From positions 5,725-69,724 of the forward strand of contig RFNV01000210.1 of assembly GCA_009927005.1 (NCBI GenBank): a DNA stretch of 64,000 nucleotides, written 5' to 3'. The translations under genes and the position numbers were made by a program. Below, one piece after another: positions 49,303 to 58,994 of this stretch (the stretch's first letter is position 1; the number at the start of each line of letters is the position of its first letter). Below the pieces are notes generated by a model that was given only the letters and a program-made list of their open reading frames with translations, made no database searches and had not been told where the DNA came from. The stretch comes from Pseudomonadota bacterium (GTDB lineage Bacteria; Bdellovibrionota; FAC87; UBA2466).

Positions 49303-50454
49303 ATGAAAGTTCTCTTATCCTTTTATTTTGGTTTGGCTTTTTTGGTCTCGGGCTGTTTTGAGCGTTCAAACCCTAAAACCCTCCCTTTGGTTGAAAATGA
49401 AATTCGGTTGGGGGAGTTCGGTGCCATGACTGGTACCGAAAGTGTTTTCGGGACCGACACTCACAAAGGAATTTGGATGGCGGTGGAAGAAGCAAATCGC
49501 AAAGGCGGCATCCGAAAAAAAAATATCAAGGTCATTACCTACGACACTGAAGGAAAAGCTGAAAAGGCTATTTCTGCAGTGACTCAGCTTATTAATCAGG
49601 ATCGCGTTCATGTCATTTTAGGAGAAGTAGCAAGCTCTCTATCTTTAGCAGCAGCTCCAGTTGCTCAGTCTTATCAAGTACCCATGATAAGCCCCGCAAG
49701 CACGCATCCCAAAATCACCCAATTAGGAAATTATATTTTTAGAAGCTGTTTTATCGAGCCCTTTCAAGGCTCAGTGATGGCAAAATTTGCAATCAACCAT
49801 TTAAATTTAAAAAAAGCCGCCATTCTGAGAGATCAAGAAAGCGAATACAGCCATGCCCTCGCGAATTTCTTCTCGGATGATTTCAAAAAAATGGGGGGGC
49901 AAATTCTAATTGATCTCAATTATTCGTCTCGGACAGAGAACTATCGCACCCAGCTTCAAAAAATTAAGACTACCAAAGCAGATATTATTTTTATTCCAGG
50001 CTACTATCGGGAAGTAGAAAAAATTATTCCCTTAGCGAAAGAAATTGGAATTCGAGCCGTTCTCTTAGGGGGAGATGGTTGGGACGGACTGAAATTAAGG
50101 CCTCAGGATCAGAGCCCGCTCTTACCAGCCTATTTTAGTAATCACTTTTCAGCTGATGATAAAAATGAAGTGGTCCAGGGCTTTGTCTCTCGCTTCGAGG
50201 AACAATACGGCCACCGACCCAATGGACTTGCGGCTCTTGGTTACGATGCCGCATCGATTGTGATTGATGCCATTCAGAGATCTTCCGACCTAAGTCATAA
50301 GAATATCCGAGAAGCGGTCGCTTCTACACGAAACTTTCAAGGAGTTACTGGAGTGATTTCTATTAATTCTGAACGAAATGCTATTAAGCCGGCTGTTGTT
50401 TTAAAAGTGGAACCTTCCGGAACCTTTTCCTACGTAGCTAGCATTAATCCTTAG
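49303..50454 (+). CDS. type-1 periplasmic binding-protein lipoprotein (LivJ/LivK-like ABC substrate-binding protein)
   Basis: 383 aa. Lipobox LVSGCF. LIV-binding-like pattern (IRLGEFGAMTGTESVFGTD..., ILGEVASSLSLAAAPV, ...MISPASTHPKIT). No permease or ATPase gene is adjacent. Confidence 0.8.
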   Translation: MKVLLSFYFGLAFLVSGCFERSNPKTLPLVENEIRLGEFGAMTGTESVFGTDTHKGIWMAVEEANRKGGIRKKNIKVITYDTEGKAEKAISAVTQLINQDRVHVILGEVASSLSLAAAPVAQSYQVPMISPASTHPKITQLGNYIFRSCFIEPFQGSVMAKFAINHLNLKKAAILRDQESEYSHALANFFSDDFKKMGGQILIDLNYSSRTENYRTQLQKIKTTKADIIFIPGYYREVEKIIPLAKEIGIRAVLLGGDGWDGLKLRPQDQSPLLPAYFSNHFSADDKNEVVQGFVSRFEEQYGHRPNGLAALGYDAASIVIDAIQRSSDLSHKNIREAVASTRNFQGVTGVISINSERNAIKPAVVLKVEPSGTFSYVASINP

Positions 50455-52318
50455 AAAACGTTACTCTTTCAATTCGGTAAATTTTATTTTTGTGATCTAA
50501 GCGGTTTGCTACTTTGACTCGGATTCCATCCACTACGGCTTCCCAATTGTCTCCAGGAGAAATGAACCCATTGGCGCGATAAGCTTCTTCGTAAGCACGT
50601 TGAAGAAACTCGGTTACTTTTTCAGGGTTTTCTCCATCTAGGACCACCCAGGTTTTGCCTTCATTTCCCTTATATTGGAAAGTAAGTCTTTTAAAACCTG
50701 GCGCAATTTCTTCTTCTTTCTGGATGCTTCCTTTGCCCTCAAGACTTTTACGGAATTCGGAATTCAGAAGAGAACCCCCATAGGGGGTGGTCTGGGCTTG
50801 TTCGCCCAAAAGAGTAATCGACATCTGAGGCAATTTTGGTTTGAACGGGTCTTCGCTTACTGAAGATCCCAGCCCCGCCTCTGATGATTCACGGTAGCGC
50901 CTGAGATCGGAAAGCAACTCACTTGCGTTCCACCCGCGACGCTTAAACTCAGCCACATCCGCAGGCATTTCTTTGAGTTCCTTAGCTAACCAATATTTTC
51001 TGCTCTCGTAATATTCAGGGTCGAGTTCCTGCATTTCGGTCAGGACTTTTTTCCAAGTGAGAAATTCAACACTCTTCCATTGATCTAAAACGCGCTCTGC
51101 ACTGGCTTCTGTTTTTAGCAGCTTCCTTAAGTTGTTTTCTCCAACCCAATCCAGGAATGCTTTGTTGTTTTCGGCAAGAAGAGCCATTTCAAGCCTTGCT
51201 GTTTTTTTGTTCTGCTCTGCAGTTTTAGAATATTCAATACCGGCAAAATCAAGAAGAAGGCGATTAAGCAAAGGACCGCCCCTTTGATCTCGAGACTCAA
51301 AAATAAAGTGCCCATATCCCTCGACAACATCAATTTCTGCTTGGGGGATTTTGTCTTGAGTCCACTCCACAGCATCTTTAAAAGTGTGCTCCGGAGAAAT
51401 TCCCAGTTTTTTCATCAATCCAGCATTTCCCAACTGATTGGGATAAGGAGCCGAAGGCTTTACTCGGTTGACTCCTCGGGGAAGTTTTTCGCCAGGTCCA
51501 GGAGCTGGCCACCACTCATCTTTTTCTCCCACCACTAATTTTACTCGTAAGTCAGGAGAAATACCTCGTGTGTGCCAATCGCTTTGCTTGGCCATTTTAC
51601 CAGCCCAATCCCCTCCCGCAGGGTTATCTTCTACTTTTTGATCTCCTCCGATGTAGGACATTCCCGGAGTTGTTACGTTTTCATACATCCACTCGTGAGA
51701 AGGACTTTTTCCCCAAGCACCTGAAATGAGGAACAACCCTCCCCCATTGAGATCTTTTGGATATTCCGAAGCGAACTGGAGTGCGAGCTCTGGACCAAAA
51801 CTGTGGCCCACTAGGTAAATAGGTTTGCCTGACTTCTTAACTTCCCCAACGACTTCCCTCAGCCATTTTATGAACTCAGCTCGGTCGTTTAATCGAGCTT
51901 CGCCTTTGTTTGACGCATGAAAGGGAAGATCAATAGCTACTCCAGAAATTCCCTGCTGGGCTAACCAATTCATGTTGTGAATAAAATTTCGCCCACTCGA
52001 TTTTGCAGTCCCCGATCCATGGAAAAAAAGTGCGACTGCTTTCGCGGAGGGATCGACTAAAGGAGATTCACCAATGTGGTCTGGTTCAGAGGCCGTGTGA
52101 TAGAAAGTTGTTTTTAGTTTTGGATCCCATTTTTTTACCAGAAGTCCCTCTGAAACAGTGGCATCTCTTCCTTTTAATAATGCGATGGGATCTTTAGCCA
52201 AACGCTCCAGCAGAACTGAAATTCCAGTGCGTTCCAGAACCTTTTTGCAATCGGATTCGCCCTTAGCCCAAGACAAGACGACCGATGTCAAAATGAAGTA
52301 AATGACAGTGAATTTCAT
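50444..52318 (-). CDS. secreted alpha/beta-hydrolase (esterase/lipase-like) with ~290-aa C-terminal extension
   Basis: 624 aa. Signal peptide. Nucleophile elbow GHSFG (GxSxG) in an alpha/beta-hydrolase context (residues ~90-330). The C-terminal half is not recognised. Confidence 0.65.
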   Translation of the reverse strand: MKFTVIYFILTSVVLSWAKGESDCKKVLERTGISVLLERLAKDPIALLKGRDATVSEGLLVKKWDPKLKTTFYHTASEPDHIGESPLVDPSAKAVALFFHGSGTAKSSGRNFIHNMNWLAQQGISGVAIDLPFHASNKGEARLNDRAEFIKWLREVVGEVKKSGKPIYLVGHSFGPELALQFASEYPKDLNGGGLFLISGAWGKSPSHEWMYENVTTPGMSYIGGDQKVEDNPAGGDWAGKMAKQSDWHTRGISPDLRVKLVVGEKDEWWPAPGPGEKLPRGVNRVKPSAPYPNQLGNAGLMKKLGISPEHTFKDAVEWTQDKIPQAEIDVVEGYGHFIFESRDQRGGPLLNRLLLDFAGIEYSKTAEQNKKTARLEMALLAENNKAFLDWVGENNLRKLLKTEASAERVLDQWKSVEFLTWKKVLTEMQELDPEYYESRKYWLAKELKEMPADVAEFKRRGWNASELLSDLRRYRESSEAGLGSSVSEDPFKPKLPQMSITLLGEQAQTTPYGGSLLNSEFRKSLEGKGSIQKEEEIAPGFKRLTFQYKGNEGKTWVVLDGENPEKVTEFLQRAYEEAYRANGFISPGDNWEAVVDGIRVKVANRLDHKNKIYRIERVTFSKD

Positions 52319-52336
52319 ATATGGTCTCAGAATAAC

Positions 52337-52786
52337 TTATCGGTCAGACGAGCCAATTCCATGAATCAGGGTGCGCTCTTCATCGCGGAACAAGACAACT
52401 ATTTTTCCATTGTCTTTTACTTCTTCCACAATTCCCAAACCGAACTTACTGTGACTGATGACATCCCCTAGTTTGAAGAGTTCCTGAGTTTTGTAGGGCT
52501 TCATGGGGAGCTGTTTTTTAGTTGCCATTTTTTGTTCCCAATACTCAGAGTTTTTAACAAAGGTTTTAGTTGCTCGGGGTACTTTGGGAGAAAGAGAGGA
52601 GGTTTTTTTTACAGAGGCGCTACCTTCTCCCAATCGATAGTTGTGCGGACTTTGACAAGTTTTACAAATAACCCGGGCAGGCTTGGTCCCCATCATGGCC
52701 ACAATCACGTGGGCCAGATCTCTTTTGCATTTCCCACAGTAAGCTAAGATATCTCCCCCCACTTTCACTGGCCCATACAAATTCAT
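52337..52786 (-). CDS. zinc-ribbon protein (hypothetical)
   Basis: 149 aa. N-terminal CGKC...(15 residues)...CKTC four-Cys zinc ribbon. C-terminal small beta-rich domain (GDVISHSKFGLGIVEEV). Confidence 0.5.
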   Translation of the reverse strand: MNLYGPVKVGGDILAYCGKCKRDLAHVIVAMMGTKPARVICKTCQSPHNYRLGEGSASVKKTSSLSPKVPRATKTFVKNSEYWEQKMATKKQLPMKPYKTQELFKLGDVISHSKFGLGIVEEVKDNGKIVVLFRDEERTLIHGIGSSDR

Positions 52787-52834
52787 GGTTTCTTCTCCCC
52801 AAGCAATGTTATCCTTATCTTAACCTCTTTTTCT

Positions 52835-53374
52835 ATGGCTCTTAGCAAAAAAATCGTTATTGCTATCCCCGTCATTGCCATTGTGAGCCTGGTTGTCTTT
52901 TTCACCCTGGTTTCCAAGGATATTGAGATCGAAGGCTCTCTTGAAAAAGATTTTAATTTGGCACCCAAACTCGAGTTTCGCTTGCCTAATGGCAAGACAG
53001 CTAACTTGCATGACCTAAGGGGAAATGCAGTCCTACTCAATTTCTGGGCGACTTGGTGTGAACCTTGTATTGAAGAAATGCCGTCGTTAAGCGTTCTGGA
53101 AAAGAATTACAGGAGTCATGGCCTGACCGTTCTTGCCGTGAACATTCAAGAAAGTCCCGAAGCTGAACTGCGAGATAAATTAGAAGGAATCCGTGTTCCC
53201 CAAAATTTAATTTTCAATGTTAAAAGATCTCAAATTTCCCAATACAAACTTGAAGGCATTCCCGTCACAATTTTTATTAATCGAGAGGGACGGCCTATAA
53301 AAACCTTTGAAGGTCCTCGCGATTGGTCATCTCCCGAAATGTATCGACAAATTGATGAGCTCTTGGCCCGTTGA
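52835..53374 (+). CDS. TlpA/ResA-like membrane-anchored thiol:disulfide oxidoreductase
   Basis: N-terminal TM anchor. Thioredoxin motif WATWCEPC and TlpA-family context (LLNFWATWCEPCIEEMP). Confidence 0.85.
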   Translation: MALSKKIVIAIPVIAIVSLVVFFTLVSKDIEIEGSLEKDFNLAPKLEFRLPNGKTANLHDLRGNAVLLNFWATWCEPCIEEMPSLSVLEKNYRSHGLTVLAVNIQESPEAELRDKLEGIRVPQNLIFNVKRSQISQYKLEGIPVTIFINREGRPIKTFEGPRDWSSPEMYRQIDELLAR

Positions 53375-53405
53375 CGAAAAAAGTAAAAGCTGATGAGATC
53401 AAAAA

Positions 53406-54041
53406 ATGTTTGCATCTAAGAATTGCAGCTTTGCTTATCGTCTAGGGATTTTCGCATTGTTCATGAGCGCCTATGGAATCCTCTATGTGATTCCCAATTT
53501 CTTTTTAAGTGTTCCGCCTCAGGAACTGCCGCTGCTTTGGATTGATGAGGCCATTCCTTTGATTCCGTGGACTTTTCTCGTCTACACTTCGGACTACTTA
53601 GTTTTTGTTTTGGCGATATTTCTTTTGTCTGAAAAAGAAAGGTTCGACTCCTTCACGCGAATGATGTTTGGAGTTCTTTTTGTTTGCGGGGCTTTCTTTT
53701 ATGGCTTTCCCACCACTTATCCTCGGCCAGACTATCCCGCGGAGGCCCATTGGTTACTAGGAGCGGTTATGCGGTTTGTGGCCTCAGCTGATTCTCCTCG
53801 AAATTGTTTTCCCAGCATGCATGTGGGTTTGACTGCAGTCGCCACTTGGTCCCTAAGGCACTTTGGGCTTCGGACGGTGACGGCATTTAGTCTCTGGTCC
53901 TTGGCTATTTTTGCCTCTACCCTCACGACCAAACAGCACTATTTCCTAGATATTGTAGGGGGACTTTTCGTGATGGGCTTTATCGCTCTTCTGGAAAACC
54001 GGCTTTTTTCCCCAGCGATTGTCGAACGCCAACAGCTGTGA
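53406..54041 (+). CDS. PAP2-superfamily membrane protein
   Basis: 211 aa with about five TM helices. PAP2-like motifs: an RP-containing loop, PSMH (PSGH) and SxxxxxxHYFLD (SRx5Hx3D with the Arg missing). Confidence 0.6.
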   Translation: MFASKNCSFAYRLGIFALFMSAYGILYVIPNFFLSVPPQELPLLWIDEAIPLIPWTFLVYTSDYLVFVLAIFLLSEKERFDSFTRMMFGVLFVCGAFFYGFPTTYPRPDYPAEAHWLLGAVMRFVASADSPRNCFPSMHVGLTAVATWSLRHFGLRTVTAFSLWSLAIFASTLTTKQHYFLDIVGGLFVMGFIALLENRLFSPAIVERQQL

Positions 54042-54056
54042 TAGTGCTGAGCGTTA

Positions 54057-54905
54057 ATGAATGCCTTCAGTCTTAGCCAATTGATCCAAGATGAGCTCGA
54101 AACCGACCAGTTTTCTCAAGATGTAACCGGAAACCTGCTTCCGTCAGCTCAAAACAATGTGGTCCAAGCATTTGTTTTTAATAAAGAAAGTGGTGTTTTT
54201 TCTGGGGTTTCAGTCTTAGAAACCTTTCAAACTCTCTTCACGGGTCAAGTCGACTTTCGGTGGGAAGTTTCTGAAGGAGTTGAGATTTCTTCCGGGACCC
54301 AAATCGTAGAATTAACCGGTCCCCGCAATACCCTTTTAGCGCTCGAAAGAACCCTTCTTAACTTCTTAGGGCTAACGTGCGGAGTAGCGTCTCTTACCCG
54401 AGCTTATCTTAATGCGGTAAAGCCCCATTCCGTTCAAATTCTAGCCACGAGAAAGACACTCCCGGGCCTACGAGCCCTCCAACTCAGTGCGGTTCAAGCT
54501 GGGGGGGGTAAAATTCACCGACGCTCTCTCTCAGATGGTATTTTGATTAAAGAGAACCATATCGCTTTAGAAAGTGAAGTTGCTTTACTCCAAAAGGCTC
54601 ATGGAGCTCGCTCTCCTCTTCACGGAATCGAAATTGAAGTGCAGAATTTTGATTCGTTAAACAACGTCTTATCGAGTCCTTATTCTCCTGACGTCATCAT
54701 GCTAGATAATTTTTCAGCAAAAGATGTTCAAACGGCAGTGGCCCTAATACGACAAAAATTGCCCACTTGTCGAATTGAAGCCTCGGGAGGGGTGGACTTA
54801 CAGTCGGTGAGAGCTTTAGCTGAAACAGGGATTGATTACGTCAGCGTGGGAAAACTGACTCACTCAGCGCCTGTATTAAATCTATCTTTGGATTTTAGAT
54901 TATGA
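54057..54905 (+). CDS. nadC: nicotinate-nucleotide pyrophosphorylase (quinolinate PRTase) NadC
   Basis: 282 aa. ILATRKTLPGLRAL, GGGKIHR and IMLDNFS regions are typical of NadC. First gene of a nadCBA operon. Confidence 0.85.
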   Translation: MNAFSLSQLIQDELETDQFSQDVTGNLLPSAQNNVVQAFVFNKESGVFSGVSVLETFQTLFTGQVDFRWEVSEGVEISSGTQIVELTGPRNTLLALERTLLNFLGLTCGVASLTRAYLNAVKPHSVQILATRKTLPGLRALQLSAVQAGGGKIHRRSLSDGILIKENHIALESEVALLQKAHGARSPLHGIEIEVQNFDSLNNVLSSPYSPDVIMLDNFSAKDVQTAVALIRQKLPTCRIEASGGVDLQSVRALAETGIDYVSVGKLTHSAPVLNLSLDFRL

Positions 54906-56494
54906 AGTCTCTAGCCTCATCAAAACCGATTTTGATCATTGGCTCTGGAATCGCCGGCCTCTCGGCAGCGATATCCTTGGCAGAGCAAGGGTTTAAGTCT
55001 TTAGTCATCACAGCTGCTGCTGATTTGCCAGAGACGAATACTGCCTATGCCCAAGGCGGAATTATTTATCAAGGAGACGACCCGGATTCGGATTCGCGGG
55101 CTCTTGAGAATGACATCATTAAAGCTGGAGCAAACGTTAACTACCTCCCGGCAGTAAAACAGCTGATTGAAGAAGGACCTCGGCTCGTCGAAGAAGTTCT
55201 TCTGAAAAAAGCAAAAGTCCCTTTTGATAAAGACGAAAACCAGGCTCACTATCACTTAACCCGGGAAGGCGGACACTCTGCCACGCGAATTATCCACCGA
55301 GCTGATGAGTCAGGAAGAGCGATTGAAGAAGCTCTCTTAAGCTACGCCAAGACCTTACCCGAAATTGAATTTTTAAGTGGAGCAACTGCTGTCAATCTGC
55401 TCATGACTTCTTTTCATGCAAGCGATCGCAGCATCCGACACGGCGAAGCTCGCTGCTTTGGGGCTTTTGTTTTTTTCCAAAAAACTCGGATGGTAGAGCC
55501 AATTTTTTCAGCTCACACGGTTTTGGCGACCGGGGGAATTGGCCAACTTTTTCTCCATAGCACGAATGGAAAGTTTTCCAGAGGAGATGGTATTGCACTC
55601 GCTCATCGGGCAGGTTGCCGATTAGAAAACTTAGAATATGTTCAATTTCACCCAACAACTTTTTTCCAAGCCACTGGACCTCGGTTTTTAATTTCGGAAA
55701 GTTTACGGGGCGAGGGGGCCTATCTCATCAATCAAAAAGGGGAGCGCTTCCTGACCATGCGACTTCCGGGATTAGCCACTCCTGAACTAGCCCCGAGAGA
55801 TAAAGTGGCTCAAGCAATTCACGAGGAAATGTTAGCGACCGGTGCTCCTTGTGTTTTTCTCAGCATTAGTCACAAGCCCGCAGCTTGGATCAAAGAACGC
55901 TTTCCTTTTATTTATAAAAGCTGTTTGAGATTTGGAATTGATATGACTAAGGAACCCATTCCGGTCGTTCCAGGAGCGCACTACCACTGTGGGGGTATTT
56001 GGACGGACCTCTCAGGAAGAACTTCTGTTGCCAATCTTTGGGCAGCTGGCGAAGTAGCCTGCACGGGTCTCCATGGAGCCAACCGCCTAGCGAGTACGTC
56101 TCTTCTGGAAGGGTTGGTTTGGGGATCGAAAGCAGGCGAATCCATCGCAACTGCGCTAGAAAATGAGAGCGCTCCCATCATTCCTGAAATCGAACCGTGG
56201 AAAAGTGAAACGGGAAGTATCGAACCTTCTTTTTTGACCCAAGACTGGCTAACTTTGAAGCACACCATGTGGAATTACGTGGGGTTGATTAAAACAGATT
56301 TGAGATTGGAAAGAGCCCAAGGAATTTTAGGAGAACTTTCCAGAGGCATTGACCAGTTTTACCGTCATGCAGCTTTGAGTGATGAACTGATTGGCCTCAG
56401 ACATGCTTCATTGGTCGCAAGGTTAGTTGTTGAGGCAAGCTTAAGAAATAGACGGTCCTTAGGCTGCTACTTGCGAGATGAGAATAGTGTTTGA
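54902..56494 (+). CDS. nadB: L-aspartate oxidase NadB
   Basis: 530 aa. FAD-binding GSGIAGLSAA. Fumarate-reductase/succinate-dehydrogenase flavoprotein fold with active-site region HYHCGGIWTD. Start overlaps the nadC stop. Confidence 0.9.
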   Translation: MKSLASSKPILIIGSGIAGLSAAISLAEQGFKSLVITAAADLPETNTAYAQGGIIYQGDDPDSDSRALENDIIKAGANVNYLPAVKQLIEEGPRLVEEVLLKKAKVPFDKDENQAHYHLTREGGHSATRIIHRADESGRAIEEALLSYAKTLPEIEFLSGATAVNLLMTSFHASDRSIRHGEARCFGAFVFFQKTRMVEPIFSAHTVLATGGIGQLFLHSTNGKFSRGDGIALAHRAGCRLENLEYVQFHPTTFFQATGPRFLISESLRGEGAYLINQKGERFLTMRLPGLATPELAPRDKVAQAIHEEMLATGAPCVFLSISHKPAAWIKERFPFIYKSCLRFGIDMTKEPIPVVPGAHYHCGGIWTDLSGRTSVANLWAAGEVACTGLHGANRLASTSLLEGLVWGSKAGESIATALENESAPIIPEIEPWKSETGSIEPSFLTQDWLTLKHTMWNYVGLIKTDLRLERAQGILGELSRGIDQFYRHAALSDELIGLRHASLVARLVVEASLRNRRSLGCYLRDENSV

Positions 56495-56507
56495 TAAGGA
56501 ATAACCC

Positions 56508-57572
56508 ATGGACTTAAACCGAATCGCTGAACTGGAAAAATTTCCGGAAGAAGACTTAGCAGAACGCATCCGTCTGGTGAGGAAAAGTCAGGGAAAAGAT
56601 GTTTGTTTGCTGGCTCACTTGTATCAGCGTAAGAAAATTACGGAACTCGCGGATTTTGTTGGGGACTCCTACGGCTTATCAAAATCTGCTGCAAACTTTG
56701 AGGGCGGCAAATACATTGTTTTTGCGGGCGTACGCTTTATGGCGGAGAGCGCGAGAATTCTCGCAAGACCTGAGCAAGCAGTTCTTCATCCCGATCCGGA
56801 AGCAGGCTGCCCCATGGCTGATATGGCCTCGCTCCCCCAAGTGAATGCAGCCTGGGATTTTTTAAAGTCCGGACCTACTACAACGCCTATCACCTACATG
56901 AATAGCACTGCGGACATCAAAGCTTTTTGTGGCGAAAATGAAGGAACGATTTGCACTTCGAGCAATGCCATGAAGACATTTGAGTGGGCTTTTCAAAAAT
57001 CAAAACGGATTTTCTTTTTACCTGATGAACATTTAGGAAGAAATACGGCGCTTAAATTCGGCATTGATCCCTCCGAAATCGCCGTTTGGGATCCCGAACA
57101 GCCAGATGGCGGAAATCCAGAAGATTACGAAGCGGCAAAAGTCATTCTCTGGCGAGGCTATTGTCCAGTTCACATGAAGTTTACTGTCCGAGACATGGAA
57201 CATGTTCGAAAGTTCTATCCAAAAGCAACAATTTTAGTTCATCCTGAATGCACTTCTGATGTAGTAGCAAAAGCAGATTTCGTGGGCAGCACCGAGGCTA
57301 TTAGGCAGTATGTTGCTAAAGAAACAAAAGCAGGCGATCAGATTTTTATTGGGACTGAGATCAATCTCATACAAAATCTCGCAGCCCAATATCCCGACCG
57401 AATGGTTACTAAACTTCACCGCTCTCTTTGCTTAACGATGTATCAGATAACGATGGGACGGCTCCTCTATACTCTAGAAAATTTGGAAAGTTTTGAGAGA
57501 GTGGAAGTTCCAGATTCGGTCCAGCACTATGCTCGATTAGCACTTGATAGAATGCTCAGTTTACAAGGCTAA
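56508..57572 (+). CDS. nadA: quinolinate synthase NadA
   Basis: 354 aa. Conserved Cys ligands (CPMA, CTSS and HPEC regions). Completes the nadC-nadB-nadA operon. Confidence 0.85.
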   Translation: MDLNRIAELEKFPEEDLAERIRLVRKSQGKDVCLLAHLYQRKKITELADFVGDSYGLSKSAANFEGGKYIVFAGVRFMAESARILARPEQAVLHPDPEAGCPMADMASLPQVNAAWDFLKSGPTTTPITYMNSTADIKAFCGENEGTICTSSNAMKTFEWAFQKSKRIFFLPDEHLGRNTALKFGIDPSEIAVWDPEQPDGGNPEDYEAAKVILWRGYCPVHMKFTVRDMEHVRKFYPKATILVHPECTSDVVAKADFVGSTEAIRQYVAKETKAGDQIFIGTEINLIQNLAAQYPDRMVTKLHRSLCLTMYQITMGRLLYTLENLESFERVEVPDSVQHYARLALDRMLSLQG

Positions 57573-57701
57573 TTTGACGCCGAGCACCCGACACCAAAGC
57601 CAACCCCTTAATAACCGTTAAAGGCTTCCCGTTCCCCTCCTAAGGCATCCTAAAAATAGTGTCGATAAGTAAGCATGTGTCAACTCAAGGAGGGGCTCTT
57701 C

Positions 57702-58994
57702 ATGAAATTCATTGGTCTATCATTCATCTTTTCTAGTCTTGTTTTTGCAAGTTTACCCGCTCGCTTTGATTTACGAAGCGTAGAAGGAAACTCTTATGTT
57801 TCGCGAGTCAAAAAACAGAACGGGGGAACGTGCTGGACGCATGCCACGATGGCAGCTCTCGAAAGCAATCTCCTGCTCACTGGAGAATGGGCAAAACATG
57901 AGGGCAGTGAAGAGACCGATTTAGCGGAATATCACCTCGACTGGTGGAATGGATTTAATCAACACCATAATCCAGATGCTTCTGGAGGTGGATTAACAGT
58001 ACACCAAGGCGGAGACTATCGAGTGGCAAGTGCTTATATGGCTCGAGGGGGGGCAGTTCGAAACAAAGACGCCCAAAGCTACTCCAGCGCTCCAAAGCAA
58101 TTTTCAGATACTTACCACACTTTCTATGCTCGACATATTGAATGGCTCGATGCAGGTCCAAATCTTGAAAACATAGATGCAATCAAAACTGCTTTAATGG
58201 ACCACGGAGCGATGGGAACTGCGCTTCATTGGAGCAATTCTTACTACGATTCTTCATCCAACAGTTTTTACCAATCTCCTTCAAGCTCCAGAGATGCCAA
58301 TCACGCAGTGGCTATTGTGGGCTGGGATGACACCAAAAAAACGGATGCCAAAAATCCCGGTGCTTGGCTCATTAAAAACAGCTGGGGAACTAGCTGGGGA
58401 GATGACGGTTACTTCTGGATTTCCTATTACGATAAAGTGGCAGGTCATCACAAAGAAATGGGAGCGGTTTCATTTCAAAACGTGGAACGACTTAATTACC
58501 AACGAATCTACAGTCACGATATCCACGGATGGAGAGATACTAAAACTGACACTCTCGAAGCTTTCAATGCTTTTACTTCTGGGGCAGTCCCTGGAAGCCG
58601 TGAAACTCTTCGTGCAGTAAGCTTCTACACAACTGAAGATGCAACCGAGTATGTTGTAAACGTCTACGGAAGCTTCGAAAACGGAGAACTAAAAAATCTT
58701 CTCAGTAGTCATTTGGGGGTTCAGGAACGCAAGGGCTTTCACACAGTAGACCTCGACGCTCCCATTAGCTTAGAATCGGGCCAAAAGTTTTACATCGAAG
58801 TAAAACTCTCACGAGGCGGGCAAGCATTTGATAGAACTTCAAACGTACCTGTCCTGTTGGGTAGCTCAAGCCGAGTCACAGTGAAGTCAAAAGCAGCTAA
58901 GGGCGAAAGCTATTATCGAAAAGAGGGCGCTTGGGTCGATCTAAATTCCTTTAACGACTCTGCTAATTTCTGTATTAAAGCGCTTACTAATTAA
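57702..58994 (+). CDS. secreted papain-family (C1) cysteine peptidase
   Basis: Start ATG 57702 with AAGGAGG ribosome-binding site 8 nt upstream. Signal peptide. Catalytic Cys context KQNGGTCWTHATMAALE (C1 Q...C-W motif). His in NHAVAIVGWDD and Asn/Trp in NSWGTSWGDDGYFWISY. C-terminal ~180-aa extension. Confidence 0.8.
   Translation: MKFIGLSFIFSSLVFASLPARFDLRSVEGNSYVSRVKKQNGGTCWTHATMAALESNLLLTGEWAKHEGSEETDLAEYHLDWWNGFNQHHNPDASGGGLTVHQGGDYRVASAYMARGGAVRNKDAQSYSSAPKQFSDTYHTFYARHIEWLDAGPNLENIDAIKTALMDHGAMGTALHWSNSYYDSSSNSFYQSPSSSRDANHAVAIVGWDDTKKTDAKNPGAWLIKNSWGTSWGDDGYFWISYYDKVAGHHKEMGAVSFQNVERLNYQRIYSHDIHGWRDTKTDTLEAFNAFTSGAVPGSRETLRAVSFYTTEDATEYVVNVYGSFENGELKNLLSSHLGVQERKGFHTVDLDAPISLESGQKFYIEVKLSRGGQAFDRTSNVPVLLGSSSRVTVKSKAAKGESYYRKEGAWVDLNSFNDSANFCIKALTN

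Noticed and set aside
49175-49369. 64-aa minus-strand ORF spanning the xseB start and the divergent promoter region
   Set aside because: It overlaps the xseB start codon and the start of the binding-protein gene. It is low-complexity and lies in the only plausible promoter region for two well-supported divergent genes.
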